Assembly: GCA_964560325.1 (NCBI GenBank)
Contig: CAZLLV010000407.1
Coordinates: 1-40,669, forward strand
Length of the DNA stretch: 40,669 bases
DNA from: an uncultured Thermoanaerobaculia bacterium
Lineage (GTDB): Bacteria > Acidobacteriota > Thermoanaerobaculia > Multivoradales > DATKCC01
Direction: 5' to 3'
The stretch's first letter is position 1; each line of letters starts with the position of its first letter. Below, piece by piece: positions 26,559 to 34,209 of the stretch. A program made the position numbers and the translations under genes. The notes beneath the pieces are model-generated. The model was given only the letters and a program-made list of their open reading frames with translations. It searched no databases and had not been told where the DNA came from.

Positions 26559-27313
26559 AACCCGATCGCGATGCGCACCGCGCCCTGAAGGCTCTCGCCC
26601 TGCTCCAGCTCGAAGGTGATCTTCGGCACCCAGAGGTTGAGGATCACGCCGCCGTAGACGAAGCCGTGATCGGTCTCGACGTCATAGTCGCTGCCGAATC
26701 GCTCGAAGGTGCTCTCGCTCCGCGCCCAGCCGGCGCCGGCGTACGGCGTGAGGATCGTGAACCCCTTCGAGATCAGCACCTCGGCGCCGACCTGGCGCAG
26801 CTCGTAGGAATCGTCGCTCGCCTGCTGGCCGGTCACCCGCAGGCCGACCGCCGGCACCGCCAGACCGCCTTCGAGGATCGCCCAGGAGAGCTCGCCGGAG
26901 AGGAACTCGAGGTCGGAGTCGTACGCCTTGCCGACGGCGGCCCCGATGTCGAAGCCGCCCGGCAACCCCTTGCGCGCCCCGACCCGGTAGATGCCGAGGT
27001 GGCCGCTCGGCAGGTCGTCGGTCAGCGCGGTCCCCTCCTCCGTCCGCACCTCGTCCTCGAAGTCGGGCGTCACCGCCGCGTCGGCCCAGACGTCGAAGCC
27101 GATCCACCCGAGCGGCTTGGCGCTGTGCCGCGGGTAGAAGTAGGCGGACGACGCGAACTGGTCGTGGAACGCCTCGAGCGCCACCGGCGAAGCCTCCCCG
27201 TCCGGCTCCCAGGCAGAGGCGGATGGGGCGGCAGCCAGGGCCGCGGCGAAGCAGAGGATAGTCGTAGCGAAGCGCGTCGGCCCGCGCCGGCGCCCGGGGA
27301 TCGAGTCGGCCAT
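26555..27313 (-). CDS. Hypothetical secreted protein, probably an outer-membrane beta-barrel
   Basis: Signal peptide ...TTILCFAAALAAAPSASA. Alternating hydrophobic beta-strand pattern with aromatic girdle residues. There is a 4-nt overlap with the ltaE start. Confidence 0.6.
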   Translation of the reverse strand: MADSIPGRRRGPTRFATTILCFAAALAAAPSASAWEPDGEASPVALEAFHDQFASSAYFYPRHSAKPLGWIGFDVWADAAVTPDFEDEVRTEEGTALTDDLPSGHLGIYRVGARKGLPGGFDIGAAVGKAYDSDLEFLSGELSWAILEGGLAVPAVGLRVTGQQASDDSYELRQVGAEVLISKGFTILTPYAGAGWARSESTFERFGSDYDVETDHGFVYGGVILNLWVPKITFELEQGESLQGAVRIAIGL

Positions 27314-27315
27314 GG

Positions 27316-27690
27316 TCAGGGTCCTCCGAAAGGCAGAGAGCGAATGCGGATGCGATCCTCTTCGACGACCACGAGACTACCGGAAGCGAGAGCGTCCCGG
27401 AGGCTCGGGAGGTTCGCCGCCAGGAGCGAGACCTGCCGCTCCGGCCGGCGCTCGGTCCCACCCCGGAAGAGCACGACCGACGGGCGCGCGGTCCCGCGGA
27501 GCGCGAGAAGCGTTCCGAAGTCGGTGTCGGCGGAGACCAGGACGCGCCGCTCGTCGGCGGCCCGGTCGAAGATCGTCTCGTCGTCGGCCCGCCCGAGCCC
27601 GAGGTCGCGCACGTGGACGGCGTCGTGGCCCAGCTTCGCGAGGCCGGCGGCGACGCGGGGCGAGAGCGCGTTGTCGATCAGGAACCTCAA
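27316..27690 (-). CDS. DUF5615-family (PIN-like / Mut7-C-related) putative toxin
   Basis: (L)[61 protein letters not shown]...[17 protein letters not shown] matches my recollection of the DUF5615 consensus. The only usable start is TTG at 27690, overlapping the DUF433 stop (TTGA). Confidence 0.7.
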   Translation of the reverse strand: MRFLIDNALSPRVAAGLAKLGHDAVHVRDLGLGRADDETIFDRAADERRVLVSADTDFGTLLALRGTARPSVVLFRGGTERRPERQVSLLAANLPSLRDALASGSLVVVEEDRIRIRSLPFGGP

Positions 27691-27938
27691 CCCGCGTGGG
27701 TCAGGGGCAGGGTCCGCTCCCGGACCGCCTCGGCGGCGAACCGGAGCGCCTCTCGCACGTCCTCCGGCTCCAGGTCGGGATACGCGTCCAGGATCTCCGT
27801 CACGGACAGGCCGTCCGCCACCATGCCGACGACGGTGGCGACCGGGATGCGCAGGCTGCGGATGCACGGCTCTCCGTCCATCGCCTTCGGATCGACCGTG
27901 ATGCGCGGAAACCGCGGCGCTCTGGTCTCGGCGGCCAT
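27687..27938 (-). CDS. DUF433-family putative antitoxin / DNA-binding protein
   Basis: Start at ATG 27938. [59 protein letters not shown] is the canonical DUF433 core. Confidence 0.8.
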   Translation of the reverse strand: MAAETRAPRFPRITVDPKAMDGEPCIRSLRIPVATVVGMVADGLSVTEILDAYPDLEPEDVREALRFAAEAVRERTLPLTHAG

Positions 27939-28016
27939 CGCCGCCGATCCTAGCAGCGCCGCCGGACGCTCCGACTCGACTCCGTCGAGCGAAAGACGAC
28001 CACGGCGGCCCATCCC

Positions 28017-28460
28017 TCACAGGTCGTCGTAGGTGCCTCCGGCGGCCGCTTCGAGGAGGGTGAGCCAGGCGGTCGTGGTCGAGCGGCCGACCGACTCGGC
28101 GATGCGAGCATGCTTCTCGTATCGCAGTAAGCGACGGGAGTCGCCGTGGTCCTCGCCCAGATCCCCTCCGAGATCGGGCCGCGCTGCACAGACCTGATCG
28201 GCGTGCCGGACGCTCTCGGAGAAGTCATCTAGCAGGAAGGGCGGAACTCGCAGAGCCCGTGCGATCTGCGACCGTTCCTCCGGCGTCATCACCGCCTTGC
28301 CCTTCTCGATCTTGGAGATCGCTCGTCGCTCGATTCCGGAGCGTTCGGCGAGCTCGCGCTGGGACATGCCGCGATACGCGCGCAGGAGGACCAGCGACCG
28401 CCCGTCGATCGGGCGCCGCCCTTCCCCTTCCGTGGTGGCCTCGCGGGCTCGGCGGTCCAT
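28017..28460 (-). CDS. XRE-family helix-turn-helix transcriptional regulator with an uncharacterised C-terminal half
   Basis: [38 protein letters not shown] is an HTH_3/Cro-C1 motif. The gene lies upstream of, and co-oriented with, the DUF433/DUF5615 pair. Confidence 0.8.
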   Translation of the reverse strand: MDRRAREATTEGEGRRPIDGRSLVLLRAYRGMSQRELAERSGIERRAISKIEKGKAVMTPEERSQIARALRVPPFLLDDFSESVRHADQVCAARPDLGGDLGEDHGDSRRLLRYEKHARIAESVGRSTTTAWLTLLEAAAGGTYDDL

Positions 28461-28466
28461 GGCGTG

Positions 28467-28494
28467 ACTGTAGCCCCCGAACGAGAACTGTCAA
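28467..28494 (-). promoter_or_regulatory. Putative sigma70 promoter giving a leaderless or near-leaderless XRE transcript
   Basis: On the minus strand: TTGACA (28494-28489), 16 nt spacer, TACAGT (28472-28467), then only 6 nt (CACGCC) before the ATG at 28460. No SD sequence. Confidence 0.35.
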
Positions 28495-28704
28495 GCCACA
28501 AAAGACTACCGCTCAATGACTTACGCGGACCACCGGTTACCTATCGACGGCTCGCTGGAGCCGGTGGAGACGAGACTCCGTACCATCGGAGCCATATGGT
28601 GGACCGATTTTCATGGAAACTTTTTTACTCCTGAGCGAACCTTCGGGTCCGACCCGTATCCGGTGCCGTACCGGCGGATCGCCGCACCCGGACTTCGGGC
28701 GGCG

Positions 28705-29760
28705 TCAGGGCGGCGTCCCGTACGCCGACATTAGGTCGCCGACCGTCGCCGATCGTCCCGCCTCCGCCCACTCCTCGACGATCCGCCGGCTTTCGGGGTC
28801 GAGCCAGTGGAGGACGGGGAGGTTGCCTTCGCGGGCGAGGGCGCGGAGGTCGTAGGCGGTGCGATCGATCCAGCGGGCGGCGCGCAGGTGGGCCTGGCCG
28901 CGGCCGACGTGGCCGAGGCGGAAGCAGAGCTCACCGGCGGTGGCGAGGAGGCCGGCGGCCTCGCGTTCGGGCGCGCCGGTGAGCGGCGGCCGGGGGAGCG
29001 GGCGCGGGAGGAAGGGGGAGAGGCCGTGGCGGTGGGCGGCGCGGGCGAAGGCCCGGGGGTCCGCCCCTGGACCGTGGAAGAGGGCCTGGAAGAGCGGGTC
29101 GTCGCCGTCCGTGCCCTCGTCAGGCGCGCCGGAGGACGCGCACTCGTAGAGCTCTCGCCGCTGCGCCGCGGGCAGGTCGGGAGCGATGCCCTGGACTGTC
29201 CGGAAGCCGGCGGCGGCGAGGCGGCGGCAGCCTTCGTCGACGAGCTCCGGGTCGTCGGTGAGGCCGGGGACGAGCGGCCAGAGGGCGACATCTTCCGGCG
29301 CCGGACGGAAACCGGGTTCGAATCCCATCTGGCCCACCATCCCACCCCGTCCCAGCAGCACCTCCAGGAGGTCGTAAACCCGGACGACGCCTTCGGTGAG
29401 CGCGCCGCCCGCCTCGCCTGCGAGCACCTGAACCAGCACCGGCGTCCCTTCGGCGGCGATCGCGGCCGCCGCGGCGTCGCGCGCGGCGGCGTGCTCTGGG
29501 TGCCCCGGTGCGATCGGGGGCAGGTAGAGCACGTCGTCGAACGGTCCCGCAGGCAGCGCCGCCTCGACCGCTCCACCACCACCCGTCCCGGTCGCCTCCC
29601 CGCCCCCTCCCAGCTCGCCCGCCGCCAGGTCGAACCAGCGCAGCTCTCCCGGCGGCGCCACCGCTCGCCAGTCGCGCGCCCGCGGCGCGTAGCGGATCCA
29701 GAGCCGGTCGAGCTCGGGCAGGAGGAGCCGGGGGCGGGCCGCGGTCGTGGCGCGGCTCAC
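28705..29760 (-). CDS. Hypothetical protein translationally coupled to ribE
   Basis: The GTG start overlaps the ribE stop (GTGA). The 351-aa product has good codon bias. The segment VALWPLVPGLTDDPELVDEGCRRLAAAGFRTVQGI resembles the TIM-barrel strands of SplB-type radical-SAM proteins, but no CxxxCxxC motif is present. Confidence 0.65.
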   Translation of the reverse strand: MSRATTAARPRLLLPELDRLWIRYAPRARDWRAVAPPGELRWFDLAAGELGGGGEATGTGGGGAVEAALPAGPFDDVLYLPPIAPGHPEHAAARDAAAAAIAAEGTPVLVQVLAGEAGGALTEGVVRVYDLLEVLLGRGGMVGQMGFEPGFRPAPEDVALWPLVPGLTDDPELVDEGCRRLAAAGFRTVQGIAPDLPAAQRRELYECASSGAPDEGTDGDDPLFQALFHGPGADPRAFARAAHRHGLSPFLPRPLPRPPLTGAPEREAAGLLATAGELCFRLGHVGRGQAHLRAARWIDRTAYDLRALAREGNLPVLHWLDPESRRIVEEWAEAGRSATVGDLMSAYGTPP

Positions 29761-30410
29761 CCGGTCCCTCCGGGCGGGCGGCCGGTGCGCTCGGCGAACG
29801 GCCCGCCGAACCGCTCGAGATTCCGAACCACGTACTTCGCCAGCACGTCGGCCTCGAAGTTGAACCGGCCCCCGGGTGCCGCCAGCCCGAGCGTGGTCAC
29901 CTCGAGCGTGTGGGGGACGAGCCAGACGGTGAAGCGGTCGCGATCGAGCGAGGCGACGGTCAGGCTCACGCCGTCGAGCGTCACCGACCCCTTCTCCACC
30001 ACGAACGGCGCCATCGCCTCCGGCAGCGAGACGGTGAGAATCGAGTGATCCTCCCGGTCGTCCCGCGCGAGCAGCTCGACAGTCGTGTCGACGTGCCCCT
30101 GCACCCAGTGGCCGCCGAGCGGATCGCCCATCCGGAGTGCCGGCTCGAGGTTGACGGCCGCCCCTTCGCGCAGGCCGCCGAGGGTGGTCCGCCGCACGGT
30201 CTCCTCCCCCATCTCGACGAGCGAGGCGTCCCGGGTTTCCGCGAGCTCGATCACCGTCAGGCAGACGCCGGAGACGGCGAGACTGGCGCCGATCGACAGC
30301 CGCTGGCCGAGCGCCGCGCCGTGACCGACCCGCAGCAGCACGCCCCCGTGCGGGGACGGCGCCGGGTCGCTCAGGACGCGCCCACGCTCCGCAACAAGTC
30401 CGGTAAACAT
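29757..30410 (-). CDS. ribE: Riboflavin synthase (alpha chain)
   Basis: MFTGLVAERGRV...GASLAVSGVCLTV...GGHWVQGHVD...KGSVTLDGVSLTV shows the two lumazine-binding repeats. Confidence 0.95.
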   Translation of the reverse strand: MFTGLVAERGRVLSDPAPSPHGGVLLRVGHGAALGQRLSIGASLAVSGVCLTVIELAETRDASLVEMGEETVRRTTLGGLREGAAVNLEPALRMGDPLGGHWVQGHVDTTVELLARDDREDHSILTVSLPEAMAPFVVEKGSVTLDGVSLTVASLDRDRFTVWLVPHTLEVTTLGLAAPGGRFNFEADVLAKYVVRNLERFGGPFAERTGRPPGGTG

Positions 30411-31438
30411 CCGTCTCGGTATCCGGTGAGGATCAGGTCGGGGCCGCGCTGGCGGGCGCGCAGCCGTTCGAGGCGCGGAGCGGATTCGAGGCTCGCGGCG
30501 CCCACTCCGCGCACGGGGCCGGGCGCGCCTTCGCCGCCCAGGAGGACCGGGGCGCAGTCGACCGCCACCCGGTCGTAGGTCCCGGCCGCCACGAAGGCCG
30601 CCGCCACTTCGCCGCCGCCCTCGACCAGGACGCTTCGCAGGCCGCGCCGGTGGAGGTCGGCGAGCACCGCCGCCGGGTCGAGCCGCTCGACCGCGACCAC
30701 CTCGGCGCCGGCCGCTTCGAGCGCGGCCATCTTCGCCCTCCGCTCGTCCGCCGTCTCCGCCGACTCCGCATGGTGCCGCAGCTCAGTGTACAGGAGCACG
30801 GGGCCGGCGACGCCGAACATCCGCGCCGTCGGCGGCAGCCGGAGCCGCCGGTCGAGCACCGCCCGCACGATCGGCCCGCGAGCCTTGCCCAGTCGCCGAT
30901 CGAGGCGCGGGTCGTCGGCGAGCGCCGTGCCGCTGCCGATCAGGATCGCATCGTGCCGCTCGCGCTGGTCGAGCGCCCAGCGCCGGCCCTCGGGCGAGGA
31001 GATCCACTGACTCTCGCCCGCAGCGGTCGCGATCTTGCCGTCGAGGCTCATCGCCCACTTGAGCGTCACCGCCGGGCGAGCGAGGACGTTCGAGACCAGG
31101 AAGTGGAGGTTGAGCTCGACCGCCTCCCGCGCCAGCAGCCCGACCTCGACCTCGATGCCGGCCTCGCGCAGCCTGGCGAAGCCGGAGCCGGCCGTGCGCG
31201 GGTCGGGATCGCCGTGGCAGGCCACCACGCGGGCGATGCCGGCCCGGACCACCGCGTCGGCGCACGGCGGCGTGTTGCCGTGGTGGGCGCACGGCTCGAG
31301 GTTCAGGTAGAGGGTGGCGCCGCGCGCCCGCTCACCGGCGGCGGCCAGCGCCTCGGCCTCCGCGTGCGGCCCGCCGTGCTCCCGGTGCCACCCCTCGCCG
31401 ACCACCTCCTCGCCCTGCGCCACCACCGCGCCCACCAT
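30371..31438 (-). CDS. ribD: Bifunctional diaminohydroxyphosphoribosylaminopyrimidine deaminase / 5-amino-6-(5-phosphoribosylamino)uracil reductase
   Basis: HAEAEAL...LEPCAHHGNTPPCADAV (CDA zinc site), then a reductase domain (VTLKWAMSLDGKIA...ESQWISS). Coordinates use the first canonical start at 31438. The conserved N-terminus continues in frame upstream to about 31516 without an ATG, GTG or TTG (see findings). The 3' end overlaps ribE by 40 nt. Confidence 0.9.
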   Translation of the reverse strand: MVGAVVAQGEEVVGEGWHREHGGPHAEAEALAAAGERARGATLYLNLEPCAHHGNTPPCADAVVRAGIARVVACHGDPDPRTAGSGFARLREAGIEVEVGLLAREAVELNLHFLVSNVLARPAVTLKWAMSLDGKIATAAGESQWISSPEGRRWALDQRERHDAILIGSGTALADDPRLDRRLGKARGPIVRAVLDRRLRLPPTARMFGVAGPVLLYTELRHHAESAETADERRAKMAALEAAGAEVVAVERLDPAAVLADLHRRGLRSVLVEGGGEVAAAFVAAGTYDRVAVDCAPVLLGGEGAPGPVRGVGAASLESAPRLERLRARQRGPDLILTGYRDGCLPDLLRSVGAS

Positions 31439-31499
31439 CGGGTTGGGGGAGACGCGGTAGCCGCCTCTCGCCGCGAGCCGCAGGGCCTTCCGGAGGAGG

Positions 31500-32483
31500 T
31501 CAGCCGAGGAGGGCAGTGGCGAACTCCCGCGGCCGGAACTCGACCAGGTCTTCCGGGCTCTCTCCCACGCCGAGGTAGAGGATCGGCAGGCGCAGCTCGC
31601 GCGAGATCGCGACCGCCATGCCGCCCTTGGCGGTGCCGTCGAGCTTGGCGAGGAGCACGCCGTCGACCGGCACCACCAGGCGGAAGGGGCGCGCCTGGGA
31701 GAGGGCGTTCTGCCCGGTCGTGGCGTCGAGCACCAGGAGCGTGCGCCGGTGCCGGTCGCCGGCCTCTTTCTCGACTACGCGACCGATCTTGCCCAGCTCG
31801 TTCATCAGGTGCTCCTTGGTGTGGAGCCGCCCGGCGGTGTCGATCAGCACGTGGTCGATCCGCCGCGCCTTGGCCGCGTGGAGCGCGTCGTAGACCACCG
31901 CGGCCGGATCCGCCCCCGGCTTCGAGCGCACCACCGGCACCCCCAGCCGCTCGCCCCAGAGGACCATCTGCTCGATCGCGGCGGCCCGGAAGGTGTCGGC
32001 CGCGGCGACCAGCACCGACTCGCCCTGGTCGAGCGAGCGCTTGACCAGCTTCGCGATCGAGGTCGTCTTGCCGACGCCGTTGACGCCGACGACCAGCGTC
32101 ACGCGCGGCCCGGCCACCCGCGCCGGCGGCCGGGGAGCGTCGAGCAGCAGGATCGACATGTGGTCGACCAGGTGCTCGCGCACCCGCAGGATGTCCTGGA
32201 TCTCATGCCCCTTGAGGTCCTTCCTCACCTCGTCGATCAGCTCGAGGCTGGTCTCGACGCCCAGGTCGGAGCCGATCAGGATCTCCTCCATGTACTCGAG
32301 CACCTCCTCGTCGAGGACCTGCTTGCCCTCCATCGCCGAGCCCATCCGGTCGATGATCTCGGTGTGGGTCATGAAGAGCCCCTTCTTGAGCTTCTTCCAG
32401 AAGCCCTTCTGGGGCACCTCCGGCATCTCCTTCTCCGGGGCGAGCTCGAGGGGTGCGGTCGGCGCTTTGACGTCGTCGGTCAT
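31500..32483 (-). CDS. ftsY: Signal recognition particle receptor FtsY
   Basis: Start at ATG 32483 (MTDDVKAP). NG domain: VVGVNGVGKTTSIAKL, AAADTFRAAAIEQ, IDTAGRLH, LAKLDGTAKGG. Confidence 0.95.
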   Translation of the reverse strand: MTDDVKAPTAPLELAPEKEMPEVPQKGFWKKLKKGLFMTHTEIIDRMGSAMEGKQVLDEEVLEYMEEILIGSDLGVETSLELIDEVRKDLKGHEIQDILRVREHLVDHMSILLLDAPRPPARVAGPRVTLVVGVNGVGKTTSIAKLVKRSLDQGESVLVAAADTFRAAAIEQMVLWGERLGVPVVRSKPGADPAAVVYDALHAAKARRIDHVLIDTAGRLHTKEHLMNELGKIGRVVEKEAGDRHRRTLLVLDATTGQNALSQARPFRLVVPVDGVLLAKLDGTAKGGMAVAISRELRLPILYLGVGESPEDLVEFRPREFATALLG

Positions 32484-32614
32484 GGGACTGGCGATTGTAC
32501 CGGGTGGCGGCGCCCGGCGCAGTGCACTGGGCGAGGGCTCGGGAGAGCGTCGGAGGGGCCCGGAGCGCCGCAGTGCGCCCGAGCCCCTTCGCCGCGAGGC
32601 TGCTCGAGAGTGCC

Positions 32615-32968
32615 CTATGGGCACTGCCAGGAGCAGATGCAGAACTGGAGGGAGCCGTCTACGGGCGGGCAGTCCTGGTTGCGGTAGCAACTACTGCAGT
32701 CTAGGCTACACACGCCCCAGGTGGTGCAGCCCGACGCCGGTGCCGCCGGGACCGGCTCGAAGCCGTTCAGGACCTCCCGCAGGTCGATCGTCTCCTCGCC
32801 GGCGGCCGGACTCGCTCCACCGCACTCGGCGGTCGCGCCTACGGCCGGAGCGGCGAGGGCGACCACCGCGTCGGTTGGTGGTGCGGCCGGAACGCCCGGA
32901 CCTGCATACGCCGGGAGCGCCGCGATCATCAACGCCACCGACAGAACGATCGATACTTTCTTGGTCAT
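32615..32968 (-). CDS. Small secreted protein with a Cys-rich C-terminal domain (function unknown)
   Basis: AAAGGAG RBS 7 nt before the ATG. Signal peptide MTKKVSIVLSVALMIAALPAYA. An Ala/Pro-rich spacer, then CTTWGVCSLDCSSCYRNQDCPPVDGSLQFCICSWQCP (8 Cys in the last 37 residues, nt 32618-32731). Confidence 0.7.
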   Translation of the reverse strand: MTKKVSIVLSVALMIAALPAYAGPGVPAAPPTDAVVALAAPAVGATAECGGASPAAGEETIDLREVLNGFEPVPAAPASGCTTWGVCSLDCSSCYRNQDCPPVDGSLQFCICSWQCP

Positions 32969-33096
32969 CCGAGACTCCTTTCGAACGGTGCTGCGTGGTC
33001 GAAATCCAGGTCGTGCGACGGCTCTCCGTCAGGCGCCTCGCGTCACCGCGACCCACCATCCGGCGCTACGACGCCCTTCACCCCTGGTCGCCACGA

Positions 33097-33126
33097 AATC
33101 TACAGACGAATCAGAAGCTATGTCAA
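33097..33126 (-). promoter_or_regulatory. Putative sigma70 promoter for the Cys-rich protein gene
   Basis: On the minus strand: TTGACA (33126-33121), 18 nt spacer, TAGATT (33102-33097), in an AT-richer patch. This would leave a ~120-nt 5' UTR before the ATG at 32968. Confidence 0.4.
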
Positions 33127-33158
33127 TGCGCAATTGCCGACTCGCGGCTTTTAGCGGC

Positions 33159-33707
33159 TCATGCACGGCGCCGGGCGGCGAGCGCCGCCGCCCCGGCGCC
33201 GTAGAGGAAGCACGAGACCAGGAAAAGCTTCACGCCGGGCGGTCCCACCACCACGAAGAGCCCGAAGAGCCCGAAGGTCAGGAGAGCGACGCCCGCGGTG
33301 ATCACCATCCGGCGGCGCCAGACCGAGCTCCGAAGCCACCGGCCGCTCCGTAGCGCGTGCGCCATCTGGCGGAGGGTGAAGGACTCCGACTGCCCGGAAA
33401 CCAGGAGGAGGTGCAGGATGCCGCCCATGAAGAGGGCGAAGCCGACGACAGTGGCGGAGAGCGTGAGCCGGAGCCCGGCCGAGCGGTGCCGGTCGAAGAA
33501 GGCGGCGAGCGGCCGGAGCGCCTCGGCTTCGTCGACCACGCGAACCGCCAGGTAGACGATCAGCGGAGAGACGACGCCGATGACTCCCGCGACCGCGGCC
33601 CGGGCGCGCGGCGGCAGGGCGGCCCGCCCGAACCCCCTCACGGCCCCCGCGATCAGGAGGAGGAAGAAGGCGATGGCCGCCAGGGTCGCGACGACGGTGC
33701 CGGTCAT
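33159..33707 (-). CDS. Hypothetical integral membrane protein (about 5 TM segments)
   Basis: The 182-aa ORF has repeated hydrophobic helices (VVATLAAIAFFLLLIAGAV, GVIGVVSPLIVYLAV, VVGFALFMGGILHLLLV, ITAGVALLTFGLFGLFVVV, LFLVSCFLYGAGAAAL). Coding-type GC at third positions. Confidence 0.65.
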   Translation of the reverse strand: MTGTVVATLAAIAFFLLLIAGAVRGFGRAALPPRARAAVAGVIGVVSPLIVYLAVRVVDEAEALRPLAAFFDRHRSAGLRLTLSATVVGFALFMGGILHLLLVSGQSESFTLRQMAHALRSGRWLRSSVWRRRMVITAGVALLTFGLFGLFVVVGPPGVKLFLVSCFLYGAGAAALAARRRA

Positions 33708-33769
33708 GGCTTCGGATGGTCCGGATCAGTCTATGCCGATCCAACCGATCCGAAGCCGGTGCGTGGCGA

Positions 33770-34180
33770 TCAGTCGCCGGCGGCGAAGTCGTACGGCTTC
33801 GGCTGCCACAGCTCGACCTTGTTGCCGTCCGGGTCGAGGAACCAGCCGAAGCGGCCGTAGGGCTGGTCGTCGACCTCGCCCACGATCTCGGCGCCGCCCT
33901 CCTTCACCTGGGCGAGCGCACCGTCGAGGTCGTCGACCATCAGGTTGAACATGAACTGCCGGTCCGACCCGCGGTCGGGGGCCGGATCGAAGTACTTCGT
34001 GTCGTGGGCGAAGGGCGACCAGACCGTCGCACCGCCCGCGGGTATCGCGTCGGGCTGGAAGGCCACGCCGCCCCAGCTCTCGTCGATCGGCGCGCCGAGC
34101 CACTTCGCGTACCACGCCCCGAGCGCCTTCGGGTCCTGCGACCGGAAGAAGATCCCACCCACGCCGAGCACTTTCGCCAT
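33770..34180 (-). CDS. VOC-family protein (glyoxalase / bleomycin-resistance fold)
   Basis: AAGGAGAGG RBS. MAKVLGVGGIFFRSQDPKALGAWY...FMFNLMVDDLDGALAQVKEGGAEIVGE...YGRFGWFLDPDGNKVELWQP. Confidence 0.85.
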   Translation of the reverse strand: MAKVLGVGGIFFRSQDPKALGAWYAKWLGAPIDESWGGVAFQPDAIPAGGATVWSPFAHDTKYFDPAPDRGSDRQFMFNLMVDDLDGALAQVKEGGAEIVGEVDDQPYGRFGWFLDPDGNKVELWQPKPYDFAAGD

Positions 34181-34209
34181 CGTCCTCTCCTTCTCTCGAC
34201 TCGTTCGCC

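Noticed and set aside
28516-28734. 72-aa plus-strand ORF divergent from the XRE gene
   Set aside because: Codon usage is mixed, no RBS is present, it overlaps the 3' end of the CDS at 28705..29760, and no motif is recognisable. It is kept only as a possibility in the spacer finding.
32969-33096. The ~120-nt leader of the Cys-rich protein gene considered as a riboswitch
   Set aside because: I could not match it by eye to any riboswitch consensus I know (FMN, TPP, SAM, cobalamin, glycine, c-di-GMP). It is left as an untested long 5' UTR.
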